DNA from: Bryobacterales bacterium
GTDB lineage: Bacteria > Acidobacteriota > Terriglobia > Bryobacterales > UBA6623
NCBI GenBank assembly: GCA_963422375.2
Contig: OY729428.2
Coordinates: 3,424,001 to 3,488,000, forward strand
Direction of reading: 5' to 3'
DNA length: 64,000 nt
In this document: positions 32,004 through 42,000 of the stretch, in pieces
How the letters are laid out: every line of letters starts with the position of its first letter
Position numbering within the stretch: position 1 is the stretch's first letter
The notes under the pieces: generated by a model
The model's database searches: none
Told to the model about the DNA's origin: nothing
Seen by the model: only the letters and a program-made list of their open reading frames with translations
Position numbers and translations under genes: made by a program

Positions 32004-32260
32004 GTTCGAGCAGGCCGGCGGCGAGGAGCGGGCGACCTCCCTCCGACCAACAGCATACTGCGGCGCGAGACCTCGAGCGCTTCCGCCTACTTGACTAAAT
32101 CGGCGCTTCCGCTGGGGACGGTCCGCTGTCGCACGACGCGGTCCGTTCGCGCATCCGGCGCCGAGGCGCAGGGTCTCCCCGCGGGTGCGCAAGAATGGTT
32201 CGTTCCGTCAATCGCCCCGGTTGACTCGCGGCAGGCAGCGCTCCCGTCCGAGCACGTCAC

Positions 32261-33706
32261 GTGACAGGGTTCTCCAGCCTCGACTTCGCCGTCTTGCTGA
32301 CCTACCTAGCCGGCATCACGGCTTGGGGCGCGTGGCTGGGCCGAGGCCAGAAGAGCGGGTCCGACTACTTTCTCGGAGGGCGCTCCCTTCCGTGGTGGGC
32401 CGTCGCGCTCTCGGTAGTCGCGACCGAGACGAGCACGCTCACCTTCCTGAGCATTCCCGGCGTCGCCTACGCGGGCAGCCTGGTATTCCTGCAGCTCACG
32501 CTCGGATATCTCGCAGGCCGGATCCTCGCGGCTCTCGTTCTCCTGCCGGCGTATTACCGTGGCGATCTCTCGACCGCCTACGCGCTCCTCGAATCGCGCT
32601 TCGGTCCGGACACACGGCGGGTCGCGTCCGCGATCTTCATGGTGACCCGCCTGCTCGCCGACTCGGTGCGGCTGTTCGCCACGGCGATTCCTCTCGCTCT
32701 GATCACCGGCTGGCCCTACGCCGTCTCGATCGCGGTCATCGGCGCTCTGACCCTCGTCTATACCTATTTCGGCGGGATCAGGGCCGTCGTCTGGGTGGAT
32801 TCGGTGCAGATGGGACTGTACCTAGCAGGGGCGGGCCTGGCGGCGGCCGCGATTCACCTCGGGGTGCCCGGCGGGTGGGGTGCCGTTCTCGAGTCCGCGC
32901 AGCTGGCCGGCAAGTTGAAGGCGCTCGATCTCTCGTGGAGCCTGGACGCGCCCTACACGCTGCTTTCGGGCGTGGTCGGCGGAGCCGTGTTTACGATGGC
33001 CTCGCACGGAACCGACCAGCTCATCGTGCAGCGCCTGCTCACCTGCCGCACCGTGCGCGAATCGCAAAAGGCGCTCGTTGCGAGCGGCGGCGCGGTAGTC
33101 GCGCAGTTCCTCGTATTCCTGCTGGTCGGGACGGGGCTGTGGGCGTTCTACGGCGGCCGGCCGTTCGGGAGCAGCGACGAGATCTTCGCTACGTTCATCG
33201 TCGAGGAGCTTCCGACAGGCGTGACCGGGCTGCTGATCGCCTGCGTGTTCGCCGCTGCCATGTCCTCGCTGTCGTCGTCGATCAACTCCCTAGCGTCGGC
33301 GACGGCATACGACTACTGGGCTCCGGCTGCCGGAGCCGCGAGCGACGGCGCGAGAATCCTGCGGGCCGGCAGGATCTTCACGCTCCTGTGGGCAGCCCTG
33401 CTGATCGCGGGGGCGGTCGCGTTCATCCCGCTCTCACGCGACACATCGGCCGTCGAGATGGCACTCGGCATCGCTGCCGTGGTCTACGGCGGGCTGCTCG
33501 GGGCGTTCGCGCTCGGGGCGCTGACCTCGCGGCCCGGCCAGCGAGCGGCGATCACCGGGATGGCCCTCGGCATCGCCGCGGTGATCTTGGTCCGGAACGA
33601 AGTCGCGTGGCTGTGGTACGTGCCGGTGGGGACCGCCGTGACGCTGGCGACCGGCACCGTGGCGGGCTGTCTCGGGCGGGCGCGGGAGCCCGCGGGCCCG
33701 GCTTGA
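32261..33706 (+). CDS. Sodium:solute symporter (SSS family)
   Basis: DYFLGGRSLPWW, ATETS, GGIRAVVW.D, GTDQLIVQRLL, AAAMSSLSSSINSLA. Confidence 0.92.
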   Translation: MTGFSSLDFAVLLTYLAGITAWGAWLGRGQKSGSDYFLGGRSLPWWAVALSVVATETSTLTFLSIPGVAYAGSLVFLQLTLGYLAGRILAALVLLPAYYRGDLSTAYALLESRFGPDTRRVASAIFMVTRLLADSVRLFATAIPLALITGWPYAVSIAVIGALTLVYTYFGGIRAVVWVDSVQMGLYLAGAGLAAAAIHLGVPGGWGAVLESAQLAGKLKALDLSWSLDAPYTLLSGVVGGAVFTMASHGTDQLIVQRLLTCRTVRESQKALVASGGAVVAQFLVFLLVGTGLWAFYGGRPFGSSDEIFATFIVEELPTGVTGLLIACVFAAAMSSLSSSINSLASATAYDYWAPAAGAASDGARILRAGRIFTLLWAALLIAGAVAFIPLSRDTSAVEMALGIAAVVYGGLLGAFALGALTSRPGQRAAITGMALGIAAVILVRNEVAWLWYVPVGTAVTLATGTVAGCLGRAREPAGPA

Positions 33707-33959
33707 GGAAGCAGGAGAGCTGGACGGAGGCACCTCTCCATGTTCCGCGCGTTGCCGGCCGGGCCGGCCGACGGGTCGGCGGATCGCGAAGAGCGTACAA
33801 TACGGCCCGGGCGGTCCGCGGGAAGACCGGGCTGAGCATACTAGCCGAGATCCCCTCCCCGGCGAGACCGCGCGCACGGCGGGGGCAGAGACTGCGGCAT
33901 CCTCCCCGCTTCGCCCTGCCGGTCGTATCCTCGGGGTCCCCCGCGAGAGCCTCGCAGCC

Positions 33960-34154
33960 ATGCCGAGCCCCTACACGCTCTCGGATCTGAGCTATCTCGC
34001 CGCGGTCGCGGACGAGGGCCACGTGGGGCGTGCCGCGGCGAAATGCTGCGTCACGCAGCCGACTCTCTCCATGCAGCTGAAGAAGCTCGAGCAATGCCTC
34101 GATGTCGCCCTTTTCGAGAGAGATCGCAAGCGACTTGTTCTCACGGAGGTGGGC
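33960..34154 (+). pseudogene. oxyR: LysR/OxyR-like regulator, N-terminal HTH only
   Basis: TLSDLSYLAAVADEGHVGRAAAKCCVTQPTLSMQLKKLE..LDVALFER; ends abruptly at the junction with catalase sequence. Confidence 0.75.
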
Positions 34155-34692
34155 GGACAACTACTTCGCCGAGGTGGAGCAGGCGGCCTTCTCGCCGGCC
34201 AACGTCGTCCCCGGCATCGGGCACTCGCCGGACAAGATGCTCCAGTTCCGGATATTCGCCTACGCCGACACGCAGCGCTACCGGCTCGGCGTGAACTACG
34301 AGTCTCTCGATGTGAACCGGCCGCGCTGCCCAGCCCACAACTACCATCGCGGCGGATCCATGCGCGCGGAAACAGAAGGCGGCCGCCCCAACTACGAGCC
34401 GAACTCGTTCGGCGGGCCGACCGAGAGCGGCCAGTCGTCTCCGCCCCTGCCGCTTGACGGAGCCGCCGACCGCTACGACCATCGCGAAGGGAACGACGAC
34501 TACTCGCAGGCGGGCAACCTCTTCCGGCTGATGGCTCCGGACGAGCGCCAGCGACTGATCAACGCGATCGTAAGGGCGATGCGACAGGTGCCGGAAACGA
34601 TCCAGCGGCGCCAGATCGAGCACTTCCGCCGGGCGGACCCACGCTACGGCGACGGAGTAGCCCAGGGCCTTGGCCTCGCGGCGGCGGCATAG
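34153..34692 (+). pseudogene. katA: Monofunctional heme catalase, C-terminal third only
   Basis: NYFAEVEQAAFSP, SPDKMLQFRIFAYADTQRYRLGVNY (proximal Tyr), NYEPNS, DDYSQAGNLFR; N-terminal catalytic His region absent. Confidence 0.9.
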
Positions 34693-34782
34693 CGCCGCCG
34701 GCGACAGCACCTCGCTCGCGGCGGCACCGCCAAGGTGCCGTCGCGAGCCGCGCTCGGCGGGGGCCTTGTCCGCGCTGGGCTA

Positions 34783-35307
34783 GCGGATATGCCGCCGGAC
34801 AAGGCGCACCGTGCAGTGCAGGGCGTCCGCAAGAAGTCCGGCCAGAGCGTCATCGCGGAAATCCGGCCCTGCCGTTGGTGTGTAGAGACGAGCTACGCAC
34901 CGACGAACCCTTGGTTTCCCGAGGCGATCGCCGAGACGAAGGCCCAACTCCAAAGGCGGATCGCCGACTCCAATGCCACCGTTGACCGGGCCGTCGCCGC
35001 AGCCAAGATCGAAGCCAACGGGACTACCATCGAGATCAAGGCCGCCACCGAGAGGAATTTCGGCGTGGCCAATAGGCAAGCCGAGGTGACGCAATCCCGG
35101 TTGGACTCCCGGCGGTGGATGCTAGGAGTGGCCTATGAATTGCCGGTCGCTCTCCTAGCCATGACCTCGATTTCGGCCATGACTCCACTCAGCCGCCCGC
35201 CTCGGTCCACGCCTATCCCGGCGGCCCCGGGACAGTCAGCGGCTCCGCCGGCATCCTCGCAGCCCGCCACCCGGCCTCCCGTTCCACAGATCTCCGAGAA
35301 CAAGTGA
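34783..35307 (+). pseudogene. 5'-truncated, degenerate paralog of the 35890-36474 gene
   Basis: ADMPPDKAHRAVQGVRKKSGQSVIAEIR...VPQISENK aligns with the downstream copy; TM segment disrupted by E/P substitutions. Confidence 0.65.
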
Positions 35308-35889
35308 TCTTGCTCTTCTCAGATTGGCACTGGCCCGCCTAGATTGGATTGCCGATGCGGGGATTCGTCTCCGTGGCGTTGCCGGCGCGTTAAGCGGCGA
35401 CGGGACCGAATTGACCAAGCCCCTCCTGCGAAGTCCCTTTCGGGATGCCTTTATGACGTAACAGCGGCGACGAGGTCGAGTCTCACGATACTCGAGCGGA
35501 GCACGGCCTGCGCAACGGACTCAACGCCAGCGAAACTGACGGTCCTGGCTGAACCGTGCCGTCCGATGCGTGCTTCGGTCGAGGCTTGCATCGCAGATTC
35601 CTCGGAGGAATTGGCTCCGAGCAAGTGTCTAGGCGCACGATCAGGCACCTGAATCCGCTGCCGATCTTCGGTGAGCGGGCAAGCGCAGGACATCCCCGGG
35701 GCCGCCCGCATCGAACGGCCCTTGCGGCCCCTTGGCGGACACTAGCAGACCCAAGACTCTCGCATCCTGCTCATCGCTCGAGCAACCACCGGCAAAGGTG
35801 GAAAATTCGATAATTACTCTTATCTCATTCGCTTTTAGTGCAACGTACCGTGCGGCCCAAGCGTCCGACAAGACATTGGAGGGATTGTC

Positions 35890-36474
35890 ATGCCAGAGAC
35901 AGATCCAGTCGCAGCCGCTATCGACCCCGACGGGCAGCCCTTGATGGAGGCGCTGCTGCAAGCGGACATCCCGGCGGACAAGGCGTACAATGCAGTTCAG
36001 GGCGTCCGCAACATGTCCGGCCAAAACGTAATCGCGGAAATTCGGGCCCACCGTTCGGGCGTAGAGACAAGCTACGCACAGACCAACTCTCGATTCGCCG
36101 AGGCGATCGCCGAGACGAACGCCAGATTCCACAGGAGGATTGCCGACTCCAAGGCCGCCACCGACAAGGCTGTTGCCGCGGCCAATGATCGGATCGCCGC
36201 GGCCAAGATCGAGACCGAGAGGATGATCGCCACGTCCCGGATCGAGACCGAACGCCAGATCGCCGAGGCAAGTAGGCAGGTCGAAGTGACGCAATCCCAA
36301 TTGCAGTCCCTACGGTGGATGATGGGAGTCGTCATCGGATTGCTGGTCGCCCTCCTGGGAACGTTTGCGATGCTGGCCGTGAATTTGCTCAGCCGCCCGC
36401 CTACGGCCACGCCTGTCCCGGCGGCAGCGACCGTCGAGCAGTCAGCGGTTCCGCAGATCCCGGAGAACGAGTGA
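35890..36474 (+). CDS. Coiled-coil protein with C-terminal TM anchor (DUF1640/CCDC90-like architecture)
   Basis: GGAGGG RBS; helical head, repeats such as AKIETERMIA/SRIETERQIA, LRWMMGVVIGLLVALLG TM, Pro-rich tail. Confidence 0.7.
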   Translation: MPETDPVAAAIDPDGQPLMEALLQADIPADKAYNAVQGVRNMSGQNVIAEIRAHRSGVETSYAQTNSRFAEAIAETNARFHRRIADSKAATDKAVAAANDRIAAAKIETERMIATSRIETERQIAEASRQVEVTQSQLQSLRWMMGVVIGLLVALLGTFAMLAVNLLSRPPTATPVPAAATVEQSAVPQIPENE

Positions 36475-37248
36475 TTCGCTCGTGGCTTGACACCGGCCCG
36501 CCTACGGCGGACTCACGGAACGGGGCTTTGTCGCCGAGGCGTTGCGGGCGCAACAGTCGGCGACGAGGACCGATGTCACCGAGTCCCCGCTCGGGCTGCA
36601 TTGATGACGTGCGGGCGGTGGCTGTGTCGGGCCTCGCGATACTCGAGCGGAGAAGGCGCGCCGGAGCGTACTCAGGGCGAGCGAGAACTGACGGGCCTGA
36701 TTGACACGAGCCGTCCGGTCCTGCGCCCGAGAGGTCGATTCGCTCGGCGCTAGTGTGAGCGGTCTTGCGAAGCAATCGGTTCCGCGCACGTGTTGGGGTC
36801 GCGACCAGCCACCTGAATTGCCCGGCGGATCAGCACAGGACTTCCCCGGACCGCAACCATTCTCATGGTTCTTGTGCTGTGCTAGCAGGCAACAGCGGAC
36901 GCAAGGCTTTCGCCACGTGCTGATCGATCAAGATGGGGCCTATGTCTTCCAACCGATCCGCAACCGGCGGCCTAGTAGCAGATTCCAACGGGCCCAGTTC
37001 TCGGATCTGGCGTCTCGACATCGGGATCACGGAATGGTGGATTGAAGGGCCCTCGCCTACGGCGGCCGGTCCCGCTCAGCGGTGCTCGCTACATCACTGC
37101 CCTCGCATCGTCCGGCACTTCATTCGCGGAGAGACCTCGCCCTGCGAGAGTTCCTGATTCCATCTGGCCGAATCAGAAACGCCCCGGCGTCCCGCAGCAA
37201 GCAGGGTGCCGGGCGGCAAGCGCTTACTCTAGTTGCGGGGCGAGCTGG

Positions 37249-38688
37249 ATGGATCTCGCGTGGCGGCCGAGCATCGCCGAATTGGGCAAGCTGTACAGAT
37301 CTGGAGCTGTCTCGCCGGTCGAGGTCGTGCGCGAGATCCTGGATCGCATCCGGTTGATCGACCCGATACTCAATTCCTACGTCACCGTCACGGAGGACCA
37401 CGCCCTGTCGCGAGCACGTATCGCCGAGGCCGAGATCCGCGCGGGCCGCACGAGAGGCCCGCTTCACGGCATCCCCTACGCCGCCAAGGATCTCCTCGAC
37501 ACCCGGGGCATCAGAACGACGGTCGGGTCGAAGATCATGGCGGATAATCGGCCGCAGAGCGACGCGGCCGTGATCGAGCGGCTCGACGACGCCGGCGCGG
37601 TCCTCGTCGGCAAGACGGGCCTGCACGAATGGGCCTACGGCATCACGAGCACCAACCCGCACTTCGGCCCGGTCCGCAACCCGTGGGATTCCGGGCGGAT
37701 TCCCGGAGGCTCGAGCGGGGGATCGGCAGCCGCCCAGGCCGCGGGCCTGTGCGCGTTCTCGCTCGGGTCGGACACGGGCGGCTCGATCCGGATTCCGGCG
37801 GCCCTTTGCGGGGTGGCAGGGCTGAAGCCGACGTTCGGGCGGATCAGCCGCCGGGGCGCGTTTCCGCTCGGACACACCCTCGACACACTCGGGCCCTTCG
37901 GCACGTGCGTCGAGGACACGGCCCTCGTGTACGCGGCCGCCTCGGGCCCGGACGCGCGTGATCCGGTGTCCACCCGAGAGGCCGTTACGCTCCCAATCTT
38001 CGCGTCCGAGCCTCGCCTTGACGGCACAGTGATCGGGATTCCGGCCAATCACTTCTTCGAGGGCCTTGCCCCGGACGTGTCCGCGGCAGCAGCTTCCGCG
38101 CTGCGAGTCTTCGAAGGCCTCGGTGCGGAACTTCGTCCGATCCAAGCGCCCGACCTCAAGGCGGCCAACTCGCTGCACCGGCTGATCCTGCTCGCCGAGG
38201 CGTCGTCGGTGCATCGTCGGCGCCTCGAGACGCGGCGGGAGGATTTCGGGGACGACGTGCGCTCCCTGCTCGACCAAGGCTGCTTCGTGCTCGCCGCGGA
38301 CTATCTCGACGCCCAGCGGGCGCGGCGGCAGTTCTGTCGCGCATTCGGTGCCTCCATGCGAGAGGCAGCGGTTGTCGTGGCGCCCGCCGTGCCGATCCCC
38401 ACGGCGCGGATCGGCGAACTCGAGGTCGACCTGAACGGAAGGCGCGAGAATGTGAGACTGGCCACGACCCGCAACATCCGGGCCCTCAACCTGACGGGCC
38501 TGCCGGTGCTGTCGGTGCCGTGCGGGTTCCACGCCGACGGGCTGCCGATCGGCCTCCAGATCGTCGGGCCGCCGTTCGGCGAGGATCGCGTACTCGCTGT
38601 CGGGCACGCCTTCGAGCGCGCTACCCGTTGGCACAGGGAACTGCCCGCTATCGCTCCTCCCCCGTCCAGCGACAGCTCTCGAGATTGA
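37249..38688 (+). CDS. Amidase-signature family enzyme (GatA-like)
   Basis: GPLHGIPYAAKD, GGSSGGS, GSDTGGSIRIPA, GLKPTFG, GLPIGLQIVG. Confidence 0.92.
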   Translation: MDLAWRPSIAELGKLYRSGAVSPVEVVREILDRIRLIDPILNSYVTVTEDHALSRARIAEAEIRAGRTRGPLHGIPYAAKDLLDTRGIRTTVGSKIMADNRPQSDAAVIERLDDAGAVLVGKTGLHEWAYGITSTNPHFGPVRNPWDSGRIPGGSSGGSAAAQAAGLCAFSLGSDTGGSIRIPAALCGVAGLKPTFGRISRRGAFPLGHTLDTLGPFGTCVEDTALVYAAASGPDARDPVSTREAVTLPIFASEPRLDGTVIGIPANHFFEGLAPDVSAAAASALRVFEGLGAELRPIQAPDLKAANSLHRLILLAEASSVHRRRLETRREDFGDDVRSLLDQGCFVLAADYLDAQRARRQFCRAFGASMREAAVVVAPAVPIPTARIGELEVDLNGRRENVRLATTRNIRALNLTGLPVLSVPCGFHADGLPIGLQIVGPPFGEDRVLAVGHAFERATRWHRELPAIAPPPSSDSSRD

Positions 38689-38962
38689 CCCGGCCGCCGC
38701 GAAACGGAACCCCCTCGGACGCGAGCCGGAGCCGCTGCTCCGCACCGAGTTCGCCGCGCAAGGCGATGCGCCCTCCGGCCCCCAGCACGCGGTGCCATGG
38801 CAGGCGGAGCTCGGGCGGGCACTCGCGCATCGCCCGGCCTACCTGACGGGCGCCTCGCGTGACACCGGCCGACAACGCGACGTCTCCGTAGGTCGCCACC
38901 CGCCCCCGAGGAATCCGCGCCACGATGTCCCAGATGCGCTCGTATCGCGCCACGCGGCGCAT
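38648..38962 (-). CDS. Alkyltransferase-like protein (ATL, MGMT family)
   Basis: IPRGRVATYGDVA, ARQVGRAM, LPWHRV (Trp instead of catalytic Cys), QRLRLASEGV. Confidence 0.85.
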   Translation of the reverse strand: MRRVARYERIWDIVARIPRGRVATYGDVALSAGVTRGARQVGRAMRECPPELRLPWHRVLGAGGRIALRGELGAEQRLRLASEGVPFRGGRVNLESCRWTGEER

Positions 38963-39084
38963 CGCGGCGAGACGCAGGCCCGCAACTCCGCCCGATACGG
39001 ACATTGACGCACCCGCCTGCCGTCGGTTCGGACGGCGGTACTCTCCGGAATCAGGCTCGGACGGGCGGCGCCGGGCGCGCGCTC

Positions 39085-39321
39085 TCAGCGATGCCCGAGA
39101 GGCCCCATGTCGCTCAGCACCTCGTCGAAGAGATCCCGCTTGGTCGAGGGCTGCTTCTGGCCGCCCCGGGCACTGCGGTACTTGTGGGCATGGAAGCACG
39201 TCCGGCATTCGGTGCGAGCCGGAGCCCCGTCCACCAAGGACACCACCGAATGGTTCATCACCCCCTTGCAGCGCGCGCAGTAATCGTCGAGAATTGCGCC
39301 GAGGCGGTAACTCGTGGCCAT
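39085..39321 (-). CDS. Small Zn-ribbon hypothetical protein
   Basis: DDYCARCK..NH...ECRTCFHAHKY; RBS-like GGGAG upstream. Confidence 0.65.
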   Translation of the reverse strand: MATSYRLGAILDDYCARCKGVMNHSVVSLVDGAPARTECRTCFHAHKYRSARGGQKQPSTKRDLFDEVLSDMGPLGHR

Positions 39322-39330
39322 GGTCACTCC

Positions 39331-40623
39331 CTAATTCGGTGCGATGCAGTAGAGGAAGTTCGCCGTGCGCAGGAAAATCTGGCCGTCAACCGCGATCGGG
39401 CTCGCCAATGTATGGTCGTCGAGAATGTTCGTGGCGAGTACCTTGTAGCCGTTCTCGACATCGACGACCGTGGTCGCGCCCTCCTCGTTGGTAGCGTAAA
39501 TCCGGCCGTCCGCGAGCAGGGGCGACGAGGAGTACGTCCCGGGAGCCAAGCGCAGCTCCTCGGCCAGAAGATCCCCGCTCTTGGCGTCGAGCACCCGCAG
39601 GGTGCCCCTGTCCCTCACGACGAAGATGCGCTTGCCGTCCGTCGTCGGCGTAGGCACGTCGGCGCCGCGTTCGTTCTCCCAGATCTTGGCCGTGTCGGTG
39701 ATCCAGCCTTCGCCGCCGGCCTTGAAGGCGATGAACGGCCTGCCTCGAGTGCTCGGCGTGAAGACGGTTCCGCCGATGTTGATCGAGGACGCGATGGTGC
39801 GGTAGAAGCGCTCGTGACCGGGATTGAGCCCGCCCATGCGCCAGAGCTCCTTGCCGCTGTCGAGGTCGTGGCCGGTCACGTAGTCGCCGCCCGACACGAC
39901 CAGCTGCTCGGTGCCGTCCGCGGTCACGATCAGCGGGGTGGAGTAGTCGTCCGGCGATTCGTGCGTCGCGTCTGTCGGGCGGTCCACCTTCCACACCGTC
40001 TCGCCTGTCCCGGGATCGACCGCGAAGACATACGACGGATCGTCCGTCGTCATGCCGTGGAGGACTTGCAGGAAAAGGCGGCCTCGATGCAGGCGCGGCG
40101 TCGACGCGTAGCCGTGGTTGAGCCCGAACGCTCCGTAGTCCTGCTGGATATTGCGCGTCCAGATTTTTCTCCCCGCCATGTCGTAGCACGAGAGCTGGCC
40201 GCCGCCCGTCAGCACCCACACGTGCCGTCCGTCCGTGATCGGCGAGGGCGACGCGAGATTCTGCTTGCGATAGATCCGATTCCCGTCGCCGACCGTGCGC
40301 TGCCAGCGCACGGAACCGTCCGTCCTGTTGAGGGCCAGCAGAAGAAGATCGTCATGCGAACTGGCATCCGCCGAGTCGAAGCCCTCTTCCGCCGACGTGA
40401 CAAACACGGTGTCGCCCCACACGGCGGGCGTAGCGGCGCTCCAGCTGGGTAGCTCGGCTCTCCATGCCACGTTCCGGTCGGTCGACCACTCGACCGCCAA
40501 GCCGGAAGCGTCCGGGCTGCTCCCGTTGAACAAGGGGCCGCGCCACTGCGGCCAGTTGGACTCGGCTGCGGACAGCAGCAGCGCGGACGAAACCAAGATG
40601 GTCAGGACTATACGAAGGCTCAT
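39331..40623 (-). CDS. PQQ-binding-like beta-propeller protein (BamB-like repeats)
   Basis: Signal peptide, NWPQWRGP, repeated TG..W blades. Confidence 0.85.
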   Translation of the reverse strand: MSLRIVLTILVSSALLLSAAESNWPQWRGPLFNGSSPDASGLAVEWSTDRNVAWRAELPSWSAATPAVWGDTVFVTSAEEGFDSADASSHDDLLLLALNRTDGSVRWQRTVGDGNRIYRKQNLASPSPITDGRHVWVLTGGGQLSCYDMAGRKIWTRNIQQDYGAFGLNHGYASTPRLHRGRLFLQVLHGMTTDDPSYVFAVDPGTGETVWKVDRPTDATHESPDDYSTPLIVTADGTEQLVVSGGDYVTGHDLDSGKELWRMGGLNPGHERFYRTIASSINIGGTVFTPSTRGRPFIAFKAGGEGWITDTAKIWENERGADVPTPTTDGKRIFVVRDRGTLRVLDAKSGDLLAEELRLAPGTYSSSPLLADGRIYATNEEGATTVVDVENGYKVLATNILDDHTLASPIAVDGQIFLRTANFLYCIAPN

Positions 40624-40913
40624 CGTTGGACACCAAGGCCTCTCCGGGCGCAAAAGCACCCTACGAGACGGGCCGCCAGTTAACTAGGCGAGCGCCCCTC
40701 GGAGCGGGTTACTGACCGCGGCAAAGGTCGTTTCCGATCTCAACTGCTCCCGGCAGCACACCGGCCAACGCGAAGGCTGGAAGCTGCCGCGGGCAAGCCC
40801 AGAGCCCGCCGGACGTTGACCGCCGCATTGACGTCGGCATCTCCCACGAATCCGCAACGCAGGCGGAGGTAGCTCCTGTCCTTCCGATGGGATGCCCGAG
40901 CCTCCGCGTCGCT

Positions 40914-41171
40914 TCATGCGGCGGGCCGCTGGCGACGGAGGCGTTCTTGGTCGAGGTCGCAGGCTGCACGCAGGCGCATCCAGCAGGAGGCGCCCCGTCA
41001 GTCCGCAGCTTCCAGCTGCAAGGTGATGCCCGGCGACACAGAACGGCGACGCTCCTCGACCCGCGCCGGTTGGTCGGGATCGATCCCAAGCTGGAGCGCG
41101 GCCTCCGCGGGCAGGCGGCCGAGGAGATGGAACTCGTCCAGCAGTTCGCCGGGGTGCGCCGGGTCGTACAC
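40914..41171 (-). pseudogene. higA: HigA-type antitoxin, degraded
   Basis: GGAGG plus GTG; YDPAHPGELL...EAALQLGI...VSPGITLQLEAAD*RGASCWMRLRAACDL; internal TGA at 40998. Confidence 0.75.
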
Positions 41172-41193
41172 GGGCGTGCCTCCCGTGTTGCAG

Positions 41194-41525
41194 CTAGCTG
41201 TGCAATCGTCCAAGTCGACGTCGCAGCCGCAGCCATCCCCGAAGCGGAAGAGGATCCTCGGATTGGCGCGCACGCGCGCGGACCACCCGCCGCGGCGCTC
41301 GCCCTCCGTCGGGCGCAGCCCGGGTGCCTCGACGGCCCGCGGGTGAGCGGCCTGATCCAGCGCGGTCAGGATGCGCTTGGAGCTAGGGGCAGTCCGAGTC
41401 GGGGCCGGGGCGGCCACGGCAGGTGGTCCCGCCCTCGCCAAGCTGGCAGCCCGCTCTGCTGGACTGGACTGTGGATTGATCAGCCGGTGACCACGATGGC
41501 GTCGTGCGTTGACACGCTTGCCCCG
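41194..41525 (-). pseudogene. higB: HigB/RelE-type toxin, degraded
   Basis: RHRGHRL...ILTALDQA...PGLRPTEGERRGGWSARVRANPRILFRFGDGCGCDVDLDD resembles the HigB C-terminus. Confidence 0.7.
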
Positions 41526-42000
41526 CCATATTGCTAGGAGGCTCCGCGGCTTGCAGCCCTCCCCGCTCTGCAGGGCCGCCAGATCGTGCCCGCTGCGCGA
41601 GAGCCAGATCGACCGAGAGGCTTGGACCATCTGCTGCACCATGCGCATCCTGCCTGATGCACGTCGCATCGCCGGCGACGTGCTCAAGGAAATCCGGACC
41701 CGCGCGCTGATGCATGGTTGCGGATGCCGGGGCGGCCTTCCGGCCTGCGCTCGGGCCGCACGATTGCGCGCAACTGCGCGCGGGGCCTCCGGCGGCAACA
41801 CCGCCGCCGTGCCGGGGCAAGAGCACCATTCGCAGGCTATCCGGGATCCTCCCGGCGAGACGATTCCCAATTGCTCTTGAGGCGGTTCGTGCGAACGCGC
41901 CGTCCGACCGAGGGAACCGGTCGGAAGCCGGCTCCCGATCTCGACAATAATGGTTTTTCTGCCCGCCTCGCGAGGGCGGCAACTTATTTCGATGCAAGCC

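Larger units (their letters stand above)
34783..36730 (+). repeat. Diverged direct duplication: ~34783-35580 versus ~35962-36730
   Basis: Shared blocks GTGCAG/GTTCAGGGCGTCCGCAA, GAGGCGATCGCCGAGACGAA, CTCAGCCGCCCGCCT, GGCCCGCCTA, GATACTCGAGCGGAG, AACTGACGG; offset ~1150-1180 bp. Confidence 0.85.

Noticed and set aside
40745..40812. Hairpin CGGCAGC/GCTGCCG with inner CCGGCC/GGCTGG followed by AAGCCCAGAGCCCGCC, loosely like a cobalamin riboswitch 3' half
   Set aside because: Core GGGAA and CCCCGC elements are missing and no same-strand gene follows; an Infernal/Rfam scan would decide
41534..41725. Possible ISAs1-like transposase tail on the minus strand (DATCIRQDAHGAADGPSLSVDLALA)
   Set aside because: Too short and degenerate, and no terminal repeats found
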